From Octopus sinensis (taxonomy: Eukaryota): 24,325 bases of DNA. Position 1 is the first letter of the stretch. The number at the start of each line of letters is the position of its first letter. Below, piece after piece: positions 12,561 to 21,634 of the stretch. The position numbers were made by a program, and so were the translations under genes. Location: the NCBI RefSeq assembly GCF_006345805.1, contig NW_021836422.1, forward strand, positions 1 through 24,325, written 5' to 3'. A model generated the notes under the pieces. It made no database searches. It had not been told where the DNA came from and saw nothing but the letters and a program-made list of their open reading frames with translations.

Positions 12561-13159
12561 TCGTTACTGAAACAAATTGTATAAAATGTGTGCCTGTCAT
12601 CGTCCTTGAGATTTTTAAACCGCACGATTTCTAATGGGGAAATTCCTATCGATATTATCAATTGTGATAATGGAAGATTGACAGACAAAAAATAAAAAAT
12701 AGACAAACTCCGAAAGTAAATAACAGAAAAAAAACAAATTGGAAATAACATGAAATAATCGTAAAATATTAAAAGCAAGAATGCCAGGGCGTGATGGGGG
12801 GGAGGGTGCAGAGCTTGTGGTGGGAGAGACGAGTACGATTCTTCTCTCTATCTTCCTGTTTCTCTGCGTGTGTGTTAGTCTCTTTCTGTTTGGTATATTA
12901 TTCCGTGTATACGATTCTGGATGCAATTGTTTCTGATTATGTGAATGTGTGCTTGAGTGTGCGTGTGTGTATGTGTGTGTTTGCATGTGTGCGTGTAGAA
13001 TGTGGGGTATGTATATGACAGTGCGTGTGTGTGTGTGTGAGTTGGTATAAAATTGGGTTTTTTTTTAATAAATTATAAAATAATCTATATACAAGCAAAT
13101 TGACGATGGAAAAACTGAACGTATTATATTAATCCTGTAATTTTAAATAATGATGAAAC

Positions 13160-13345
13160 TTTGGAAGGTGGAAGAGGAGGAGGAGAAGAAGAAGAAGAAG
13201 AAGAAGAAGAAGAAGAAGAAGAAGAAGAAGAAGAGAAGAAGAAGAAGAAGAAGAAGAAAAGCAGATGGTGATGATGACGAAGGAGGAAGAGGAGGAAGTA
13301 GAATTGGAGGCGGATGAAGATGACGAGAGGAGAGAGGAGAAAATG
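13160..13345. repeat. (GAG)n/(AAG)n purine-rich array
   Basis: Uninterrupted purines from 13170 to 13261. Confidence 0.95.
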
Positions 13346-13454
13346 TATAAGAAATTGAAAGGAAAGAGAGAAACCAACAAACAAACAAAAAAAACAAGAA
13401 AGCCGGAGAAAATATAAAAGAAGTCACCAATAAAAGTAAAACTAAAAGAAATAT

Positions 13455-13573
13455 ATGAAATAAAATAATACTTCATAATACTAATAATGATAATACTTCA
13501 TAATAAAATTTTTTTTTAAATAATAATAATAATAATAATAATAAATAATAATAATAAATAATAATAATAATAA

Positions 13574-13615
<42 letters not shown>

Positions 13616-13790
13616 TAATAATAATAATTAATAATAATAATAATAATAACAATAATAATAATAATAAATAATAATAATAACAACAACATTAATAATAATA
13701 AATAATAATATAATAATAATAATAATAAAATAATACTTCATAGTAATAATAATAATAACAATAATAATAATAATAATAATAATAACAACA

Positions 13791-13854
<64 letters not shown>

Positions 13855-13890
13855 TAACAACAATAATAATCAGCGGCAGCAGCAGCAGCG
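13455..13890. repeat. Long (AAT)n array with AAC variants, ending in (CAG)n
   Basis: Direct reading. Confidence 0.95.
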
Positions 13891-14309
13891 CGGTTCGTTA
13901 TCTTTTTAATCGCCTTATTTTAATCTGTTGGGATGGATGATTTGGTGACATGCACTGAAAGAAAAAGATAACGGAGTGTTAAGTGCTGGAGATTTTACAG
14001 ACCGGAGCAAAATATTGGAATCGCCATTAGTTCTGAAGGATGTTTTTAAAAATGTATTTTGGGATGGGTTCGATCAGAAAGGGTTTTGTGTGTATCTGTG
14101 TCTTGGAGTGCTCATGTATGTGTGTATGTGTGTTTTGGGGTGGGGTTCAAATAGGTTTAAAAGAATTGTGCATGAACCAAAATTCTTGATTTAGGATTTC
14201 TTAATTTAAAAAATCGCTGATGAGAACTGGATTCGAAATCCATCCCGGATAACAAATCTTTGGTTTAATATTTCTTAAGTCAAAATCCGCAATCCGCTAT
14301 GGTGTAGTC

Positions 14310-14773
14310 GCAGGCATGTCTGTGTGGGATTAAGGGGCTCGTTTGCAAGTATGTGGCATCGGGATTAGTCTCGTTTCGAAATGCCATGACTAAGTGTCGT
14401 CTATTAGAGACATTGGCCGATCAGGACCTTGTAAGTGGATATCGTAAACGAAACTACCTGAAAGCCAGTCGTGTATGTGTATGTGTGTGTCTGTGTCAGT
14501 GTGCGCGCATTTGAGCGTGAAAGAGAGAGAGAGAAAGATAGGGTGGATGTTTTAATGGCTGTCTCTGTGTGTGTCTCTTTACAACAGCTTGTTCGACAAC
14601 AGCTGCTAGTTTGCTTACGTGCCCGTATCTTAGCAGTTCGGCAAAAGAAAAGGACACTACCAGGCTTTACAAATAATAAGGACTAGGAGCGATTTGTTCG
14701 ACTAAACTCTTTAATGCTGTGCCCCAGTATGGCCACGTTCCAATGTCTGAAACAAGCAACAGAGATAAGATAA
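14310..14773 (+). mobile_element. SINE family B, full length but highly diverged
   Basis: Head GCAGGCATGTCTGTGTGG..GGCCGATCAGGACCTTGTAAGTGGAT..GAAAGCCAGTCG aligns with the reverse complement of 16107-16263. It continues through an internal TG/GA microsatellite into a tail (TTAGCAGTTCGGCAAAAG..GATTTGTTCGACTAAA..CCCAGTATGGCCAC..TGAAACAAG..GATAAGATAAA). Confidence 0.8.
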
Positions 14774-15364
14774 ATCTGAACTGAACTGCAAATTCATCTT
14801 GGTTACCAAATCCAGTGAATAAGATTTTTTTTCAGTTAAAATCCGCATTTTGTGGTAACCCAGAGAGAGTATTTGCGTTGATAAGAACAACTTAAGAAAA
14901 GAACGTTCATAGAGAATCGATTGAATTGCAACTGATCCGACTTTCTTTGAGGCAAAATATAACGTTTGGGTGTTCTGTTCTTTAAGAGAATCTAAAACAA
15001 GATGAAAGAGTGAAAGAATTCTTTACTTCCCTGAAGATCGATGAATTAATAGACGATGCCTAAGCAAGGAAATTATAAAACATATTCTTTTACTAGCCTC
15101 ATAGATATGAAACAAGTCTCTATTTCGGGATCCCGAATCTAGATTTTATAACTTCGTAGCTACCGTTCAAAATTTTGAATTTAGAAATATTATATCGTTT
15201 TTCAATGGACCCAAATATCAGAAGCAGCTCTGTATTTCCCAGTTTTCAATCTGAAATTTATAACTTCGCAGCTGTTTTATTAAAGAGTTGGAGGTGTTGG
15301 CCTATACGTGGATTGAGGATGTCACATTGAAGAATTGATACACTATGGTGGATTCTCCGTCGTT

Positions 15365-15550
15365 CTCGACGACGAGCTTTCAGTAGTTCAACCAATGGAA
15401 TTTTACTCGTGTAGTTCATATTTCTACATAGATTCCTTCAACATAATTCTCTGACAATGCATTGATCAGCACGAGGCTATAATAAAAGAACAGAAGTCAC
15501 TCGTCCAAGTGCACTGGGACGCAGACCGAAATCCCTCGCTTCCATGAAGT
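15365..15550 (-). mobile_element. SINE family B head/body, very diverged
   Basis: Minus strand GTCCCAGTGCACTTGGACGAGTGACTTCT..TATAGCCTCGTGCTGATCAATGCATTGT resembles GTCCCACTGCGTGGCACCTTGGGCAAGTG..TATAGCCTC..GCCGACCAAAGCCTTGT. Confidence 0.55.
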
Positions 15551-15609
15551 CATGCTAAATATATACACTCGATGTATATTCGAAACGAGATATCAATATG
15601 CAAATATCA

Positions 15610-15758
15610 TTGACCCAAGTACGTAACTGGTACTTAATTTATCGACTGCGAAAGAATGAAAGGCAAAGTCGACCTAGGCGTAATTTGAACTCAGAACGTA
15701 GCGACGGGCGCTAAACACTTCCTCCGGTGTGCTAACGTTTCTTCCAGCTCACCGCCTT
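15610..15758 (-). mobile_element. tRNA-derived SINE, family A, 3'-truncated
   Basis: Plus strand ACTGGTACTTAATTTATCGAC..GAATGAAAGGCAAAGTCGACCT..AATTTGAACTCAGAACG..CCAGCTCACCGCC is the reverse complement of the 2708 element. Confidence 0.88.
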
Positions 15759-15824
15759 ACTAACAATTTAAAATGACATGAAAATAACCGAGCGATGGGA
15801 GGACAAACAAAGATACACAAACAT

Positions 15825-15869
15825 ACATACCACACACACACACACACATGTATATATATATATATATAG

Positions 15870-15901
<32 letters not shown>

Positions 15902-15945
15902 TATATATAATATATATATATATATATTATATATATATATATACT
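15825..15945. repeat. (CA)n-(TA)n microsatellite
   Basis: Direct reading. Confidence 0.95.
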
Positions 15946-15967
15946 CAATACATAGCAGAGTAAATTA

Positions 15968-16093
15968 ATTTATTATATAGAAGGAGCTTCTACAGGACTA
16001 GAACTGTTCATTCAAAAGAAATCATCAGGGAGCTCAGATTTCTTTTGAATGAAACAGTTCTAGTCCTGTAGAAGCTCCTTCTATAAAATAAAT
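15968..16093. repeat. Near-perfect inverted repeat (hairpin), possibly a Penelope-type or MITE-like remnant
   Basis: Arms 15968-16023 and 16037-16093 are reverse complements apart from one 1-nt indel and one mismatch, around a 13-nt spacer ATCAGGGAGCTCA. The hairpin is directly visible. The element class is inference. Confidence 0.9.
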
Positions 16094-16106
16094 ATATATA
16101 TATATA

Positions 16107-16263
16107 CGACAGGCTTCTTTCAGTTTTCGTCTACCAAATTCACTCACAAGGCTTTGGTCGGCCTGAGGCTATGGTAGAAGGCACTTGCCCAAGGTGCCAC
16201 GCAGTGGGATTGAACCTGGAACCATGTAGTTGGTAAGTAAGCTTCTTACCACACAGCCACTCC
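16107..16263 (-). mobile_element. SINE family B head and CORE-like body, well preserved
   Basis: Minus strand has A-box-like TGGCTGTGTGG and B box GGTTCAATCCC, then GCACCTTGGGCAAGTG (resembles the CORE-SINE GTGACCTTGGGCAAGT motif). It ends GAAAGAAGCCTGTCG followed by (TA)n. It probably belongs to the described octopus OR/OK SINE groups, but I cannot say which. Confidence 0.92.
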
Positions 16264-16313
16264 TATATATGTAGGCATTTAGATAAATAGAAGAAGAGGT
16301 ACACACGAAGTAT

Positions 16314-16628
16314 ATGTCTGTGTTTGTGTGTGTGTGTGGACGTATGAAAGCTGAACTCATGAGTCATCTTCGTAGTCATAAAACGAGACAGATGAGTGAC
16401 AACCTGGCCACTGGTGGTGGTGTAACACACCATACTAATCATATCTGTCGGGCATGTGGAAGAGAGTGTAATTCGGCAGGAGGACTTAAACGACATGCAA
16501 AGGTACATGAAGTCCAGTTACAACTACAACCGGCTATTACCAGTAAAGGTCTTAGTTGCCAATTCTGTACAAGACATTGTAGATCTTTAGCTGGGCTAAA
16601 AAGTCACATTCGATCACAGCACCAGTAA
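16314..16628 (+). pseudogene. C-terminal C2H2 zinc-finger region of an RTE-type LINE ORF (5'-truncated; the ATG at 16314 lies in flanking microsatellite)
   Basis: CRACGRECNSAGGLKRHAKVH (C-x2-C-x12-H-x3-H), CQFCTRHCRSLAGLKSHIRSQH (C-x2-C-x12-H-x4-H) and a partial first finger CGRMKAELMSHLRSH. No TGEKP linkers. Confidence 0.8.
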
Positions 16629-16680
16629 CATTTAAGCTTCGTGCAATAGCCATACTCGATAACGAGGGGGCAGCCATAAT
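16335..16680 (+). mobile_element. 3' end of an RTE-clade LINE
   Basis: Zinc-finger frame, stop at 16626-16628, then a short 3' UTR GCCATACTCGATAACGAGGGGGCAGCCATAAT with hairpin CTCG-ATAA-CGAG (16655-16666) and a TA/TG simple-repeat tail. This layout is typical of RTE 3' ends. Confidence 0.78.
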
Positions 16681-16919
16681 ATATACGTGTGTGCATATGT
16701 GTGTGGGTGGGTGTATGCATGAATGTATTTATGTATATATGTATTATTATGCCAACAAATAATTTAGAATTGCAATAAAAAAAATTCGACGATATATTGT
16801 AGTTCTTCCATTTTGTCCAAAAACGAATTACTTCGGCACCAGCGGATAAAATATTGTAGAAGAATTAACGAACTGATCCATCTTGCATAATTTGATATCG
16901 GTATCGAAACATTCCTACT

Positions 16920-17567
16920 CTGTGTGTGTGTCTATTTTATTTATCTATATTTACGCATGTGTGAGTAATGTGCAACTGTGCGTGAGTGTGTGAGGTGCAA
17001 GAGTGTTTACGCGTATGCATATTGCACATTCTACGATTGTATGTATATGTGAGAGCAGAATGTGTCTCTGCCTCTGCTATCGATGCGACCGTGAATGTTA
17101 AGCTTTCGTGTGTGTGCGCGTGTGTGTGTGCGTGTGTGTGTGTTTGTGTGTCTGTGTGCATTATTTACCTGAAAATTTGCAATCCATATTATATTCGCCA
17201 GTAACTGTGTCTAACAGTATTATAAGTTTAGGACTGTTACAGTACATTATATGCATTCATATGAGTGTATGTATGTATGTATATATGTATGTATGTATGT
17301 ATGTATGCATGTGTGTGTGTATGTATATACATATATAAATATGCACACACATCGAGTTCACAGTATATCAGTATACTATATATATATTTATATGTATATG
17401 CATATATACTATATATATATACATTTGTACTATATGAATATATATATATATAGGAGACTTGTACATTAGGGACATAAATATATGCTTTTACATATACATC
17501 TATATAACACATTATATACATATGTATATATATACATATCTATCTATCTATATATCTAATTATATAT

Positions 17568-17599
<32 letters not shown>

Positions 17600-17615
17600 A
17601 TATATATATATATAC
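16920..17615. repeat. Compound (TG)n/(TATG)n/(TA)n region
   Basis: Direct reading. Confidence 0.85.
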
Positions 17616-17919
17616 ATGCGAGAGTAAATTGAGATAAATAACAAAGCTCGGATTTCTTTCAGACGACAGACTATCATTGACAGCGGCTTTAACCCAAGAT
17701 TAACTGATACACATATATCTATGACAAACCACAGTATAAACCGTCTGGCTGTTTTTACTATTTCATAATGTAATTTACTATTCTCGGTGAGAGCTCTTCC
17801 TCTGTATCTTAGAGCTTATCTCAAATGCTATTTCATTTCAATTTTCCAGGATTTACTTGCTTGAGTCAAGCGAGAAAAATATCAAATGAAAACAGAATTT
17901 CCTTACATTAATAGGTGGT

Positions 17920-18167
17920 GTTGTGGCTGTGTGCTAGGACGTTTCCCCCCCAACTACATGGTTCCAAATTCAGTCCCACTGTGGACATCTTGGGTAAGTC
18001 TCTGCTGCCAAACCCCAATCCGACCAAAAATTAGTGAGTGGATTTTGTAGAGGGAAACTCACAGAAGCCTCTATGTGTGAGTGAGTGTTTATATGTATGT
18101 ATTAATGTGTCTGATATGCATGTCCTAGTGTTTATGTTTGGTCCACCCCACAATTACTTGACAATCG
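17920..18167 (+). mobile_element. SINE family B head, internal microsatellite and start of tail, diverged
   Basis: GTGGCTGTGTG..CCAACTACATGGTTCCA..TTCAGTCCCACTG..CTTGGGTAAGT..CCGACCAAA..GTGAGTGGATTT..GAAGCC aligns with the reverse complement of 16107-16263. Confidence 0.85.
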
Positions 18168-18217
18168 CTCTTCTTTATTTAGCATCATTTTTTTTTTCTG
18201 CTTCTGTCGCCGGCATC

Positions 18218-18425
18218 GTCTTTTGTCATCTGACTTTACCGTGTTTCAGTAATTAAATTGCGATTGAGCAGGCTGAGGCAACGCCTTGAAGCATTTTAGA
18301 TCAGAGACAATCAACGCTGGGGCGTTTTCCATCCAGTTTGGTACTTGTGTTCTTTATCCGAACCACTGTCGCTAAGTTACAGCAAGGTCAACAGAATGAT
18401 ATCGGTTCTTGAGATGTGGATGGAG
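18218..18425 (-). mobile_element. SINE family B tail, diverged
   Basis: GTGTTTCAGTAATT..CGCCTTGAAGCATTTTAG..TGGTACTT..CGCTAAGTTAC..ATCGGTT resembles 9256-9410. A (CA)n/(TA)n run follows. Confidence 0.65.
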
Positions 18426-18598
18426 GTCAAGTAAAATGATAAAGACAGAATATACATGTACACACACATACGCACACATGCACACACTCATACATAAACA
18501 TACACACGCACACACACACATGCACACACCCCACACACACTACATATATATATATATATAGATATATATATATATTATATATATACATACATATATAT

Positions 18599-18797
18599 AG
18601 GGAGAATTCACAAATAAAACAAAAGATGAAGACAGGTGGTGAAGAAAACAAACAGATGTATTAGTATAACGCTCGGGAATTGAAAAAGTCATTAACGTTT
18701 CGAGCCTACGCTCTTCTACAGAAAGGAACACAGAAAGAAACAAAGAGAGAAACAAGGAAAGGAAAATGTGTGTAGTGTCTAGCGATCTAACATGACG
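18599..18797 (-). mobile_element. Short Penelope-like (pLTR-type) octopus repeat
   Basis: Bounded by (TA)n on both sides. Contains GTTTCGAGCCTACGCTCTTCTACAG, whose reverse complement matches the CTGNNGAAGRGC..GCYCGAAACGT motif typical of Penelope-associated minimal hammerheads. I also recall this block as a high-copy Octopus repeat. Confidence 0.65.
18690..18725 (-). ncRNA. Variant minimal hammerhead-ribozyme-like motif
   Basis: Minus strand CUUU-CUGUAGA-A-GAGC(GUAG)GCUC-GAA-ACGU-U-AAUG: 4-bp stem II, palindromic ACGU at stem III, 3/4-bp stem I. The core has U in place of A6, so activity is unproven. Confidence 0.5.
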
Positions 18798-19429
18798 AAT
18801 ATATATATATATTTATTTATATGCATAAACACACATAAATACATACAGAAATACACATATACATAACACAAACCCACATACACATAGAAGCACACACACA
18901 TATATGTGTGCGATGTATGACATACATAATCAAATCAACATTTATGCTGTCTATAAATTAGATATTTACAAAGTACATCCATTGCCGACATATACACCAA
19001 GTGTCTAAGCAACTGGTCATCATGTATGCGCTTGGTTTAAACAGTCGAAACAAGACAGAAACAACATGGCCGGCTTATATTTAGAAGTAAAATTGCTCGA
19101 TCGCGAAAGTCTTCAGAATCGCAACTACAACAACTATATCAACACCAGCTGCATCAACAAACATCGAGACAGGACAGGTCTATCTATCCGGTCAATATAT
19201 GCACACTATAACAATATATTTATACTGGAAGAAGATGATTGCGGTAAACTTCTAAAATAACGGTATCCTCCGAGGTTTTTAAGATGCCGATATTGTGAAT
19301 TTTTATGTCTGGGTTAATATATTCTTGGGCAATTCTTGTTTTCCTGTTTTCATTTTCGAAGCGTTTGTTACACAAAATCTATGAATTCCATTACACATGC
19401 GTGGAATCACGAACACATACTCTCTTGGT

Positions 19430-19770
19430 TTGGTGTGTGCGTGTGTGTGTGTGCGTGGGCGTGTGTGTGCGTGTGTGTGCCTGTGTGTGTATGTGTGTAA
19501 GTATGTATGTATTTTTGTATGTACCTAAGTATGTAATATAATATATATTAATATGTATAGATATAGATATAGGAACAACTCCTACGTATAAATAAGTATA
19601 TTGATATATATGCGTATATATGTTATATATATTAATGCATGCATATAATATAATATATATATATATATATCTATATAATATATATATATATATATATAAT
19701 ATATATATATATATATTATATGCGAGTATGTTTGTCCGTGTCCGCGGTGTTTGTGTGTGGTATATTTGTT
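19430..19770. repeat. (TG)n and (TA)n region
   Basis: Direct reading. Confidence 0.85.
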
Positions 19771-20669
19771 GTATATGTATTTAGTAATTTTTAGATTTCT
19801 TTCAAATAGAGAACGGGTCTATTTCTAACCTAGATCCAAGGTCCATCACGGCATTTCTGCATGTTTGTACGTTGATGTGCAGCAGTATTTGCAGACAGTA
19901 CATTTGCAGATTTGTATGCTGGGTTTTATATATGTATTCTGATGCAAACATTTGCATACCCACTCATATTCATATACATTCAAATGCTAAACTCCTGGGA
20001 AGTTTCACAATCTGTAATCTTCTCATTAGCTTTCTCCTTCTTGGCTTTCTCAATATTGGTGCTTAAACAGTTTACAAATCCTACTACCCACATAACTACA
20101 ATCATGACTACGAACTTTCCAATATTTAGAAGTATAAATCTGAACTACAGTTTTGTATGTACGTATGTACAATAGCTTGTTACATGTTGCACGTTTGTTA
20201 CACATCAAAACTATTCAATTTTAATTAATTTATAATAGTGTATATATTTATTAAACTTAATGAGGAAAAGTTTGACAGTGGCTCCCGATGTTTTGGATTA
20301 CTTGTTGTCATCAGACCGTGATTTACACTGGATTTATATCAGTTTTGGCAGAGTTTTCCTTTAATAAGTGCAATAATATCATTAAAGACTATCTGTAAGT
20401 ACTGGAAACGGATGCTTCGACTAATAGCCTCCCGTCCAAATTGCAGGACCCTGAAGAGAACACCTATGATCAAAGTCATCCGTGCTATCAGCATTCTAAT
20501 CATCAAAGATTTTTACACAAATAAAATATATTTAATTATAATCATTAAAATCAGACGTAGTTGTACTTCCAAAATGGCGCGCAATATTAGACTAATCCAT
20601 ATCTAGAAAAATACTAGTGTTTAGAGAGGAGTGTATGTGTGGTTTTTAAGAATGTGTATAAGTATATAT

Positions 20670-20800
20670 ATTGATGGATGGACGAAGGGAGGGAAAGAAC
20701 GGATATGTCATAGCTGATGGATCCAGGGATGGACAGGTGGATGGATGCAAGATGGATTTATGAATTGGTGAATAGATGAATGAATAGACGGGTAGATGCT
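20670..20800. repeat. Decayed (GGAT/GAAT)n tetranucleotide repeat
   Basis: Recurrent GATG/GAAT units. Confidence 0.7.
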
Positions 20801-20909
20801 TCCATCTTCCCAAAAACTGGAGGGAATGAAAGCAATGAATAAAATGCAGTTCAAAAAAGCATACAAGAAACGCTCGTTAATTAGCAGAAAACCCAACAAA
20901 TGTGTAACT

Positions 20910-21065
20910 GTTTTATTATTATTATTATTATTATTATTATGTTATTATTATTATTATTATTATTATTACGATTATTAATATGATATACAGAGAGTCAGGA
21001 GGACGGTCGACAGACCGGTACAGCACACATATTCATAAGTATATAAACTCACAACCATCTGTTTA

Positions 21066-21098
<33 letters not shown>

Positions 21099-21425
21099 GC
21101 GCGCGCACACACGCTCACACACGTACACACACACACACAAATATGTGTGCGTGTGTGTGTCAATTGAACACGCTAATGATGTATCAACAATTAATTGGAA
21201 TCGGCGCTGAGAACTTGACTCCTTCAGGCAAGTCTAGGTATGTATGATGCACATTTACATACTTAGGTATACACTAATACACACACACATACACACACAC
21301 ATACACATGCGCACACGAACACACGCACGCACATACACAAACACATACATTGATGTGTATATAAACATTAAATATTTATAAGTATATATGTTTACATGAA
21401 TGTGTGCGCGTGTGTGTCTTTGCAT
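20910..21425. repeat. (ATT)n followed by (CA)n/(CG)n/(TG)n runs
   Basis: Direct reading. Short unique spacers lie between the runs. Confidence 0.85.
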
Positions 21426-21598
21426 GTATCAGTGTGCGTAAGGTAACAAATAAAGCCAAGAATATTCCGTGGCCTTCACGAATCTCTCAGAAGTGATGTT
21501 GCAATTCCCGAGTTCTACAAGTTATGTGTACGAACGCTAGCGATTGAGTACTTCTATATTACGTCTGTTTGTATACGTAGTATATACAAACAAAATAC

Positions 21599-21630
<32 letters not shown>

Positions 21631-21634
<4 letters not shown>

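Noticed and set aside
16640-16680. Looked for a SINE sharing its 3' tail with the RTE fragment
   Set aside because: None of the three SINE tails in the window resembles the RTE 3' UTR, so no SINE-LINE partnership is shown here.
17830-17915. Acceptor-like TTTCAATTTTCCAG with a possible donor at the SINE boundary
   Set aside because: All three frames contain stops.
19066-19260. 64-aa ORF MAGLYLEV..
   Set aside because: No recognisable domain and no convincing splice sites.
20050-20160. Minus-strand frame ..VVQIYTSKYWKVRSHDCSYVGSR.. resembling GIY-YIG
   Set aside because: The spacing is too long (13 aa), the downstream Arg/His pattern is absent, and a stop follows shortly.
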